Positions 47,078 through 54,434 of a stretch of 64,000 bases of DNA are shown in pieces (within the stretch, counting starts at the first letter, position 1; the number at the start of each line of letters is the position of its first letter). A program made the position numbers and the translations under genes. The stretch lies in contig DASZHW010000156.1 in assembly GCA_035937515.1 (NCBI GenBank), positions 4,958-68,957 of the forward strand, read 5' to 3'. The notes below the pieces were generated by a model. That model was not told where the DNA came from. It saw only the letters and a list, made by a program, of their open reading frames with translations, and made no database searches. Source of the DNA: Terriglobales bacterium (GTDB lineage: Bacteria > Acidobacteriota > Terriglobia > Terriglobales > Acidobacteriaceae).

Positions 47078-47137
47078 TCACGCAGAGGCCGAACCAGTCC
47101 TGACCGAAGGAGGAGAAGGACATCTGCCTCTGCGTGA
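47078..47137. repeat. perfect 12-bp inverted repeat TCACGCAGAGGC-N36-GCCTCTGCGTGA
   Basis: Read directly, 12 nt after the TolC-like stop; no U tract. Confidence 0.8.
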
Positions 47138-47186
47138 ATCCCGGCGGCCATTTCGCCGCGGCCTCCCTCCGGTTTATGCTCTCCGC

Positions 47187-48020
47187 GTGAACCTTTCCGT
47201 CGTCCTGATCACGTACAACGAGCAGTCCAATCTGGCGCGAACGCTGGCAAGCGTGCAGTCGCTGGTGCGCGATGGCGCCGGAGAAATCATCGTCGTAGAT
47301 TCGGCTTCGACCGATCGCACGGTAGAGATCGCGAAGTCTTTCGGCGCCCGGGTTTTCGTCGAGGACTGGAAAGGCTACGCGGCACAGAAAAATTCAGCCA
47401 TCGAGAAGGCATCTGGAGAATGGATTCTGAGCCTGGATGCGGATGAAGAGCTTAGTCACGGCGCCGTGCATGCGATCGGGCAGATCCTCGGACCCGACGC
47501 ACAGAAGTACGCAACCGTCTCCGCCGTCTGGTTTGCCCGCAAGAATCATTTCCTCGGGCGCTGGATCCGGCACGGCGGATTTTATCCCGACCGCAAGCTT
47601 CGACTTTTCCGGCGCGGCCAGGCAAGCTTCTCCGCGCGCGCAGTTCATGAAACAGTCTCCACTAGCGGACCCACCGCAGTGGCCGAACATGACTTCAATC
47701 TGGGCCAGAGCATCGCCCTGATCCACCACTCCTACCCCACACTCTCCGACTACCTTGACCACATGAACCGCTATTCCTCGCTGGGTGCAGAAATGGCGGT
47801 GGCCGATGGACGTGCCGGATTCAGTGTCATCAACATCGCCGTTCGCCCCTGGCTGACGTTTTTCTATAACTATTTTCTGCGGCTGGGTTTTCTCGACGGC
47901 CGGGAAGGACTGCTGCTGCACCTGTATCACGCGGTGTACGTTTCCTGGAAATATGCCAAGGCGTGGGAGCTGACGAAAACAAGAGCAGATTCCTCGCGGA
48001 CTAAAGTCCACTCGGAATGA
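47187..48020 (+). CDS. family 2 glycosyltransferase
   Basis: LSVVLITYNE, VVDSASTD and SLDADE (DxD) motifs; GTG start. Confidence 0.85.
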   Translation: MNLSVVLITYNEQSNLARTLASVQSLVRDGAGEIIVVDSASTDRTVEIAKSFGARVFVEDWKGYAAQKNSAIEKASGEWILSLDADEELSHGAVHAIGQILGPDAQKYATVSAVWFARKNHFLGRWIRHGGFYPDRKLRLFRRGQASFSARAVHETVSTSGPTAVAEHDFNLGQSIALIHHSYPTLSDYLDHMNRYSSLGAEMAVADGRAGFSVINIAVRPWLTFFYNYFLRLGFLDGREGLLLHLYHAVYVSWKYAKAWELTKTRADSSRTKVHSE

Positions 48021-48044
48021 CAAACTGGAATTGAGAACCGAAAA

Positions 48045-48398
48045 TTAACCCGCTCGGGTTCCGTCCGGGACCGGGCTTTCCGGCACGGCCAGCACGGGAC
48101 GCACGCCGTCGACATAGCCGACGTCGAACAGCATTCCTTCCGACAGCACACCCCGCATCTTGCGCGGCTCCAGATTGACGACGAACAGCGCCTGCCTGCC
48201 TTCGATCTCCCGTGGGTCGGCACGCTCCGTCTTCATGCCGGCGACGATGGTGCGCTCGTGATCGCCAAAGCTCACTCGCAACTGGACCAGTTTGTCGGAA
48301 TTGGGCACATCGGCCACAGCGACGATTGTCCCAACGCGAATGTCAATCTGATTGAGAACTTCCACGGAAACCACGGGCTTGAGGGGTGCGGGAGTCAT
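48045..48398 (-). CDS. tRNA-binding domain protein (CsaA/EMAP-like)
   Basis: IDIRVGTIV...SDKLVQL...VVNLEPRKMRGVLSEGML signature. ATG 48398 preferred; the GTG at 48425 lies inside a repeat arm. Confidence 0.8.
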   Translation of the reverse strand: MTPAPLKPVVSVEVLNQIDIRVGTIVAVADVPNSDKLVQLRVSFGDHERTIVAGMKTERADPREIEGRQALFVVNLEPRKMRGVLSEGMLFDVGYVDGVRPVLAVPESPVPDGTRAG

Positions 48399-48404
48399 GC
48401 TTCT

Positions 48405-48489
48405 GAAGATAACCACAGAGGACACTGGGGCACAGAGAAAAGTTCGCAGATGATCTTCCTCAGCGCTCTCTCTGTCCTCTGCGGTTATG
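48405..48489. repeat. CCTCTGYGG-type hairpin element (GATAACCACAGAGGACA ... TGTCCTCTGCGGTTATG)
   Basis: Arms complementary at 15/17. Fills the spacer between the P-loop gene stop (inside the right arm) and the csaA-like start. Confidence 0.8.
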
Positions 48490-49093
48490 CCTTTCTCAGC
48501 TTTTCTCTCACAAATTCAACGATCTCGGGCGTGACGTATTCCGGCGGCGAAATGCGAAACAGGGGACATCCCGCTGCTGGCTTCAGGGAAACCTCCTGCC
48601 AGGCCGGTTTCTGCCCCTGGTTTTCGTGCAGGATGACCGCATCCGCCTGGTCGAGAAATTCCTGGGCTGACTTCTTGAAGTCGGCGGTGGCAGGATCAAG
48701 GACGCTGAGATAGAGATCGGGCCGCAGGAACTTGAGAATGCTGTTCGACTCCAGGATCGCGTTCTCCGCCTCGTCCAGCCGACGACGAATTGCGGGCATG
48801 GCTTCGGCCAGACGTCCCTGCTCGCTGCGCACCCACCAGGCGCGCGCTGCTCCCGCAACCAGAAAACGTGACGTGTCCGATTCCCCGGAGCGGTCTTTCT
48901 CCTCAGCGATCCCCCAACTGTGATCGCCGGTGGCGCACAGGCAGGGCTTTCCATCTCTCGAGCAGACGCCGTGTCCATACTGCGTGACCTTGAGCGCGGT
49001 CCAGTTGTGTTCCGGCAGAGCCGCGATCAGGCCGGCGACGACGCTGGTCTTGCCCACGCTGCGCGAGTGCCCGCCAATGATGATGATGGCCAT
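48485..49093 (-). CDS. BioD/CobQ-like P-loop protein (function unknown)
   Basis: MAIIIIGGHSRSVGKTSVVAGL resembles the dethiobiotin-synthetase-type P-loop. Start set at an internal ATG. Confidence 0.5.
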   Translation of the reverse strand: MAIIIIGGHSRSVGKTSVVAGLIAALPEHNWTALKVTQYGHGVCSRDGKPCLCATGDHSWGIAEEKDRSGESDTSRFLVAGAARAWWVRSEQGRLAEAMPAIRRRLDEAENAILESNSILKFLRPDLYLSVLDPATADFKKSAQEFLDQADAVILHENQGQKPAWQEVSLKPAAGCPLFRISPPEYVTPEIVEFVREKLRKA

Positions 49094-49097
49094 GGGA

Positions 49098-49146
49098 ATT
49101 CGTCTTCGGCCCTTGGTCGTTGGTCGTTGGCACTTCGCCGTTTCGT
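49098..49146. repeat. heptamer array (GTCTTCG GCCCTTG GTCGTTG GTCGTTG GCACTTC GCCGTTT)
   Basis: Read directly; starts 8 nt from the P-loop gene start codon. Confidence 0.85.
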
Positions 49147-49160
49147 AAATGCCTTCAGCA

Positions 49161-49199
49161 TTGGTTTTGGCCGACGGCCAATGACCAAGAACCAACGAC
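49161..49199. repeat. inverted partner heptamer array (..GCCGACG GCCAATG ACCAAGA ACCAACG AC)
   Basis: Read directly; abuts the lpxD stop codon (cta 49199-49201). Confidence 0.85.
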
Positions 49200-50206
49200 T
49201 ATTTCTTAGCCAGACGCGCCAGAACTGCCAGCTGCTTCAGATATTCACGCACCGGACGTGCCGGAGTTCCCCAGAATGCCACGCCCTTGCCGCGCAGCAC
49301 CTTGTTGGGGAGAACGCCGCCTTGTCCGCCCAGCATTACGCCTTCTTCGATGCGAGCATGCTCGCCAATACCCACCTGGCCGCCCAGCACTACGTTCTTC
49401 TCGATCACAATGCCGCCGGACAGTCCGGTCTGGGCCGCGATCACCACATCTTCCCCAATCTGACAGTTGTGTCCGATGTGCACCAGGTTATCGATCTTGG
49501 TGCCGCGCCCGATGCGAGTCACCTCCAGGGCGCCGCGGTCAATGGTGGTATTCGCGCCGATCTCCACATCGTCTCCAATTTCGAGACGGCCGACCTGGGG
49601 AAACTTTTCGTAGTGTCCCGATGCCGGGTCGCGAACATAGCCGAAGCCGTCGCTGCCCAGCACCGCTCCGGCATGAACGATCACGCGGTTGCCGAGGCGG
49701 GCGCCAGGGTAGATCGTGACGTTCGGGTAGAGCTGACAGTCGCGTCCGATGCTGGCGTGGGCGCCGACTACCCCGCCTGCGCCGATCCGGGTGCGATCAC
49801 CGATTTCCGCCTTCTCCCCGATGGCCGCTCGTTCCGCCACCATCACGTCTTTGCCCAGCCGGGCCGACCCATGGACCACTGCGCTGGAGTGGGTTCCAGG
49901 CTGGGTCCCGGCTCCGGAATTCAGAAGCCGCGCCGCGCGCGCGAATGCCAGCTTGGGATGCTGCGCGATGAGCAGCGGCTTGGCGCTGGCCTTGCTCCCG
50001 GTGAACTCCGCCCGGGCAAATTCCCCGACGATCACGGCAGCGGCGCGTGATCGCAATGCGGAGCCCAAGTGCCTTATGTCCTCGACAAAGACCAGGTCGC
50101 CAGTCCCTGCCAGCGCGATGCTGGCGATTCCGCTGACCTCCACGGCTCCATCTCCGACCACTTGCGCCTGCACCGATTCGGCAACCGTCCTGAGTGACCG
50201 CTTCAT
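49199..50206 (-). CDS. lpxD: UDP-3-O-acylglucosamine N-acyltransferase
   Basis: LpxD N-terminal domain followed by a long hexapeptide-repeat LbH region; 335 aa. Confidence 0.92.
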   Translation of the reverse strand: MKRSLRTVAESVQAQVVGDGAVEVSGIASIALAGTGDLVFVEDIRHLGSALRSRAAAVIVGEFARAEFTGSKASAKPLLIAQHPKLAFARAARLLNSGAGTQPGTHSSAVVHGSARLGKDVMVAERAAIGEKAEIGDRTRIGAGGVVGAHASIGRDCQLYPNVTIYPGARLGNRVIVHAGAVLGSDGFGYVRDPASGHYEKFPQVGRLEIGDDVEIGANTTIDRGALEVTRIGRGTKIDNLVHIGHNCQIGEDVVIAAQTGLSGGIVIEKNVVLGGQVGIGEHARIEEGVMLGGQGGVLPNKVLRGKGVAFWGTPARPVREYLKQLAVLARLAKK

Positions 50207-50278
50207 GGCATCTTTGTATACGTTTGGCAGAGGAAAGAAAAGCCGGAGGAAGTCTGACAGCGTCCCAAAACTCGAGGA

Positions 50279-50331
50279 CCACGAAGTACACGAAGGTACA
50301 AATCTCCGAAGTCCCTTCGTGCGCCTTGGTG
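50279..50331. repeat. CACGAAGG-type hairpin (CCACGAAGTACACGAAGG ... CCCTTCGTGCGCCTTGGTG)
   Basis: Complementary arms read directly, upstream of lpxD. Confidence 0.75.
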
Positions 50332-50379
50332 TGCTTTCGAGTGCAGTCCAGAGGCCTGCCGGGGGACTAAAATGCTGGC

Positions 50380-50523
50380 ATGGAGAAGAAAATCTTCTGG
50401 GTCAGCTTTACCGTGCTGGGGCTGGCCGCAGATTTTATTCTGCCCATCTGGTGGGCACTGGGCGCAACCATCCCCATTGCTTATGCCAGCTGGTGGATTG
50501 CCTACCGCAGCGACTGGTTTTAA
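50380..50523 (+). CDS. possible 47-aa Trp-rich two-helix membrane peptide (not in ORF track)
   Basis: MEKKIFWVSFTVLGLAADFILPIWWALGATIPIAYASWWIAYRSDWF. Third-position GC about 70% by my count; weak SD. Confidence 0.3.
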   Translation: MEKKIFWVSFTVLGLAADFILPIWWALGATIPIAYASWWIAYRSDWF

Positions 50524-50551
50524 GACGCAGGCCGAGTCCCGCGGCGTCATG

Positions 50552-50578
50552 AAAAAAAGCCCCGATGCCAATCGGGGC
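50552..50578 (-). terminator. intrinsic terminator of the SYLF-domain gene
   Basis: Minus strand GCCCCGAT-tggc-ATCGGGGC followed by TTTTTTT, 20 nt after the stop. Confidence 0.75.
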
Positions 50579-50597
50579 CTGGAAACAGGAACGCGAA

Positions 50598-51293
50598 CTA
50601 CTTACTCGCCGCCGTCTTGGCCCACTTGGCCAACACATTCAGGAACGGATAGGCGTTGGGAGGAGCGGGAATAGTGCCGGTCAACGAGGTCTTGAAGGGC
50701 ACCATGCGGCCGTAGAACTGGCGGGTTGCGTCTTTGTCCTGGTCAATGGCGGCCCCGCTGAGCTCCAGTCCAGCGAACAGTCCACGCGCTCGGGAATAGC
50801 TGAGCACCTGCGCCTTCAGTTTCCAGTCAGTATCGGCGGCGGCGTGACGGCCCACCGGCCCGGCGGCCACGCTGGCATCGGCCCCCAGTTTGAACTGGCT
50901 GCTCAGCAGGTTCTTCATGCCATTGTCGTTCATGATCAGCATCACCAGGTCTACCGCCTGGGCGCCAATCTGCAGACCGAAACTGCCGCCCTTGATGCTG
51001 AAGAACGCGGGTGCGCTCCAGCCCTTCGCAGTGCGGCAGCTGGCGACACCGCGTCCAAAACGCGCGCCCACAATGAATCCGCCCTTGAGCATGGTGGGCA
51101 CCACGGCAACACACTGGGCTGACCCCAGGACTTCTTCCGGAATGCCCTGGTCGGGAGCTGCCTCGATTTCATCCAGCACCGTACCGGCGGCTTTGATGCG
51201 GTCGTCGGCTTTGGTTGTGTCCTCGTCATCATCCTTAGCCCACACCGGGAAAGCAAAACAGAGAACCAAACACAGAACGAGAAGTCTTTTCAT
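50598..51293 (-). CDS. SYLF (Ysc84/DUF500) lipid-binding domain protein, secreted
   Basis: Signal peptide; GGFIVGARFGRGV...FSIKGGSFGLQIGAQ pattern typical of the SYLF domain. Confidence 0.72.
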   Translation of the reverse strand: MKRLLVLCLVLCFAFPVWAKDDDEDTTKADDRIKAAGTVLDEIEAAPDQGIPEEVLGSAQCVAVVPTMLKGGFIVGARFGRGVASCRTAKGWSAPAFFSIKGGSFGLQIGAQAVDLVMLIMNDNGMKNLLSSQFKLGADASVAAGPVGRHAAADTDWKLKAQVLSYSRARGLFAGLELSGAAIDQDKDATRQFYGRMVPFKTSLTGTIPAPPNAYPFLNVLAKWAKTAASK

Positions 51294-51447
51294 GTTCTTC
51301 CTTGCTTTCGGGAGTTTCCAGAACCTACTTCCAGCTTAACACAGTGATTTTAGCGGATTTAGACAGATGCGGGGGGCGTCAGACGGAATTTTAGTGGGGC
51401 CCACAAGGTCAGAAAAACGTCTTGTCCTGGATCATTTTGCTGAAGGC

Positions 51448-51477
51448 AAAAAAAATCGGGGTCAGCCGCGGCGACCC
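51448..51477 (-). terminator. intrinsic terminator downstream of the LuxR-type regulator
   Basis: Minus strand GGGTCGCCGCGGCTGACCCC hairpin followed by a T8 run. Confidence 0.6.
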
Positions 51478-51602
51478 TAAAATCTCCGCTTCCAACCCCG
51501 TCTCCCAGGTTCTGTGGTAGGTGAAGCGAGTATGCGGCGGAGCGAGCGAAGCGACAAGATTACCTAGGTCATTGGCCCAAAGTAACTATGTCTCGAGCCG
51601 GC

Positions 51603-52277
51603 TTATTTCGCCGTGACCAGCGAGTGAGTAATGGCATGGACGGAGAGTGCGATGCGGTTCTGCACTCCTACCTTGCGCATCAACTTGGCCACGTGGGCTT
51701 TGACAGTGCGCTCCTCAATCCCGAGCGCGGAGCCGATTTCCTTGTTGGACCGTCCGGCCACCAGCATTTCCAGAACTTCCTTCTCCCGGTCGGTAAAGGT
51801 GACCCGGCCGGCCGGAAAGATGCGGCCCGGAGCGGAACTTACGCGCTCGATGAACATGGAGAGCACGCGGCGCGGGGCCCAGACCGAGCCTTGATTCACT
51901 ACCCGGATGGCCTGCACAAACTCGGCAGGAGAAGCGGCTTCATCCACATAGCCCTTGGCCCCTGAAGCCACGGCCTTCAAAATGGTTTCCTCGTCCATGC
52001 CCGAACCTGTCACAATGATGCGCAGGTCGGGACGGCTGGCCTTGAGGCTGGCCATGAGATCAAAGAGGTTCTGCCCGTTGCGGTTGCCCAGCAGCACCAG
52101 ATCAACGTTCGGCAGGGTGGCGATATCGGGAAGAGAGGCGGCAATCAGCTCGAAGTCGGTCTCCGAGTCGAACAAGGCGCGAAATCCAACGAAACGTAGC
52201 GGATCGCTTTCCACGACTGCAAGACGAATGACCGGTTTTTTTGCTGGTGACGCCTTCATGGCAGCTGCTGCCTTCAT
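51603..52277 (-). CDS. NarL/FixJ-type response regulator with degenerate (pseudo) receiver domain
   Basis: LuxR HTH (FTDREKEVLEMLVAGRSNKEIGSALGIEERTVKAHV). Receiver-like N-terminus has VVESDP in place of DD and DLVLLG in place of the phospho-acceptor D. Confidence 0.85.
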   Translation of the reverse strand: MKAAAAMKASPAKKPVIRLAVVESDPLRFVGFRALFDSETDFELIAASLPDIATLPNVDLVLLGNRNGQNLFDLMASLKASRPDLRIIVTGSGMDEETILKAVASGAKGYVDEAASPAEFVQAIRVVNQGSVWAPRRVLSMFIERVSSAPGRIFPAGRVTFTDREKEVLEMLVAGRSNKEIGSALGIEERTVKAHVAKLMRKVGVQNRIALSVHAITHSLVTAK

Positions 52278-52423
52278 AGGGTTCCCTGTTTGATCGCGAT
52301 GCCTTTTGGTTTCGAAACTGGCCTAGCATAACTGATTTGCCCACGAGCGGAACCATCTTGCAACGGTTTGGCGATTACGCCGGTAACGTGGTAAGCATCA
52401 GGAAAAAGGACAAATAACTGCAC

Positions 52424-52870
52424 ATGAAACCACATGGAAACATCGTGCGAGGGGTGGTGGCGATACTGCTGCTGAGCGGGCTCGCCGCCTGGACTCAGAC
52501 TACCTATCAACCTAAATTCCGGGGCGATCCGGCGCGCTCGGACTCGGAAGCAGCCGCCCTGGGCTACATGCGCACCGTCATTCGCGCGCAGAAACTCTAC
52601 AAGAAAAAGAATGACAAGTACGCCAGTTCACTAGCGGACCTGGTCCATACCGGGTCGTTCACCAAGCGCATGGTCAATCCCGAGCGTGGCGACTACTCCG
52701 TGGGCTTTCGTCCACACAAAGAAAAAGGAAAGGACGAAGACGGATACCAGTTGACCCTCACTCCCAAGCAACTGGACGCAGATCACCGCTCCTTCTATGC
52801 CGAAGAGGACGGTGTGATCCACGCCGATGACCAGGGCCCCGCGACTGACAAGTCGCCGGTGGTGAAGTAA
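52424..52870 (+). CDS. hypothetical secreted protein (pilin-like globular segment)
   Basis: Signal peptide. SEAAALGYMRTVIRAQKLY resembles the post-helix segment of type IV pilin-like proteins, but there is no prepilin motif. Confidence 0.5.
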   Translation: MKPHGNIVRGVVAILLLSGLAAWTQTTYQPKFRGDPARSDSEAAALGYMRTVIRAQKLYKKKNDKYASSLADLVHTGSFTKRMVNPERGDYSVGFRPHKEKGKDEDGYQLTLTPKQLDADHRSFYAEEDGVIHADDQGPATDKSPVVK

Positions 52871-52875
52871 ATGGA

Positions 52876-52955
52876 GTGGCTAGTGGTCAGTGAGCAGTCG
52901 CCCGTGACTGGTTACTGCTCACTCATCACTGACCACTGATTACTGTCCACTGATC
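52876..52955. repeat. heptamer array, 11 units (GTGGCTA GTGGTCA GTGAGCA GTCGCCC GTGACTG GTTACTG CTCACTC ATCACTG ACCACTG ATTACTG TCCACTG), internally palindromic
   Basis: Read directly, between convergent genes. The last units encode the final codons and stop of the 52940..53650 gene. Confidence 0.9.
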
Positions 52956-53650
52956 TCCGCCGCTTTGCCATCCCGGTAGATTATGGTCACCGGTTTCCCA
53001 CCGTTTGGATAGTGAACCGTTTTTACCGATGCGTCGGTTTGCCGTTCGGGAACCCCCATCCCGATGGCGAAGTCCGACTGAAATTCGTTCATCCCCAGCT
53101 TGACCTGATGTTGCGCGATGGATTCCCAAACATCCGCGGACCAGTGCTTGTAGAGGTCGCGAGGATCCTGGATGTAGAAAATTTCGTCGGAGAAAAGCTT
53201 GTAACTGTCCCCGGTCAGCCAGCCCACAGGAAGCGCGTAGCTCTTGCCTTCCAGTTCGAAAACAGCCATCACCTGGCGCAGGTGGGCCGAACCAGGCGCG
53301 GTGTCCTCGACCACGTCTTTAATGTCCAGTTTCTGGATGGGGAGCAGGAGACCGGCCTCGCGCGAAAAGTCGGTTCGGCGGCGTGCGCGATCGTAGGGAT
53401 AGTAAGTGTAGCGGTAGCCCTCTTTGACCCACACCGGCTGCTGGGTGAGCTGTTTCGCCGATTTCAAGTCGTAGGGATAGAGCTTCTTGGGCACTACGTA
53501 GTAGTCCGGGTTGAGCGCCAGTTCATGCTTCGCCGCGGGTTCTGCCGCAGGGGAGCGGCGCTCGTAGGCAACATAAGCCGCGCGAAGGCCGGCCACCGCG
53601 ATCGCCGCCACCAACACCAACTGAATTTTGCGTTTCGATTGCGGACTCAT
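52940..53650 (-). CDS. hypothetical membrane-anchored protein
   Basis: N-terminal TM helix and coding-like composition. Confidence 0.5.
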   Translation of the reverse strand: MSPQSKRKIQLVLVAAIAVAGLRAAYVAYERRSPAAEPAAKHELALNPDYYVVPKKLYPYDLKSAKQLTQQPVWVKEGYRYTYYPYDRARRRTDFSREAGLLLPIQKLDIKDVVEDTAPGSAHLRQVMAVFELEGKSYALPVGWLTGDSYKLFSDEIFYIQDPRDLYKHWSADVWESIAQHQVKLGMNEFQSDFAIGMGVPERQTDASVKTVHYPNGGKPVTIIYRDGKAAEISGQ

Positions 53651-53753
53651 ATTGCCGCTGCCCTCACGCGGAGCCTCCTGCGGAAGTGTAAACTATCAGG
53701 TTGAGCATCCCAGTCAGCTTCAGGGAGCGCCGTCGTACCCAGGAGAAATCGGA

Positions 53754-54071
53754 GTGAGTCTTACGGAGAGCGAAGTCATCAGCGCCCTGAAACAATGCTA
53801 TGACCCAGAAATCCCGGTCAATATTGTCGATCTCGGCTTGATCTACGGGGTCCGCTTTGAACCTGCGCCGGAGGAGAAACAGGACGTCACCGTAGAAATG
53901 ACGCTGACGGCTCAGGGCTGTCCCTCGCACGTCATGATTGGGGAGCAGGTAAAAGCCCGGGTGGAACAATTGCCGGGCGTGCGCCAGGCTACGGTCAACG
54001 TGGTGTGGAATCCGCCATGGACCCCCGATCGCTTAAGCCCCGACGCCCGCAAGCAGCTGGGCATCGAGTAG
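53754..54071 (+). CDS. DUF59 / SufT-like Fe-S cluster assembly protein
   Basis: YDPEIPVNIVDLGLIY and LTAQGCPSH motifs. GTG start after AGGAGA. Confidence 0.8.
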   Translation: MSLTESEVISALKQCYDPEIPVNIVDLGLIYGVRFEPAPEEKQDVTVEMTLTAQGCPSHVMIGEQVKARVEQLPGVRQATVNVVWNPPWTPDRLSPDARKQLGIE

Positions 54072-54353
54072 TCAGCCGTTCAGCAGAGAATCGTACCAGG
54101 CCCGCGAGCGATTTTCGGCGGCCTCGGCCAGACGTTCTCCCACCCGCGTGGCCACTTCAAGAAATTGATTGCTGCTCTCGATGTAGCCGGGCAGCTTCCT
54201 GCGCACTTCGGCGAATTTTTCCGGATACTCCGAGGCCAGCGTTGCCAGCCCGACGCCGGCCACGATGATTCCCGCCGTCCACTTTCGCTTCAGAAACAGG
54301 GCTGTACCCAGGCCCGCAGAACTTCCCACCAGCGCCACCTTCCAGTTTTCCAT
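54072..54353 (-). CDS. hypothetical small membrane protein
   Basis: 93 aa with two hydrophobic segments; stop abuts the convergent DUF59 stop. Confidence 0.4.
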   Translation of the reverse strand: MENWKVALVGSSAGLGTALFLKRKWTAGIIVAGVGLATLASEYPEKFAEVRRKLPGYIESSNQFLEVATRVGERLAEAAENRSRAWYDSLLNG

Positions 54354-54434
54354 CCCGCCCCTCCACCTTCCCCGATTGTATCCGGACTTCAGACCCGGTA
54401 CTTTATATTGCCCAACTTACCACGGAGGACTTGG

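Noticed and set aside
45768-47123. 451-aa minus-strand ORF; likewise 14458..15657 (+), 48920..50050 (+), 54417..55415 (-), 62046..63299 (-), 3798..4820 (+) and 17147..18046 (-)
   Set aside because: Each lies antisense to, or out of frame within, a confidently identified gene (TolC-like, rne, lpxD, DmpA-like, CrtI-like, secretin, rodA). Each has low-complexity Arg/Gly/His-rich translations.
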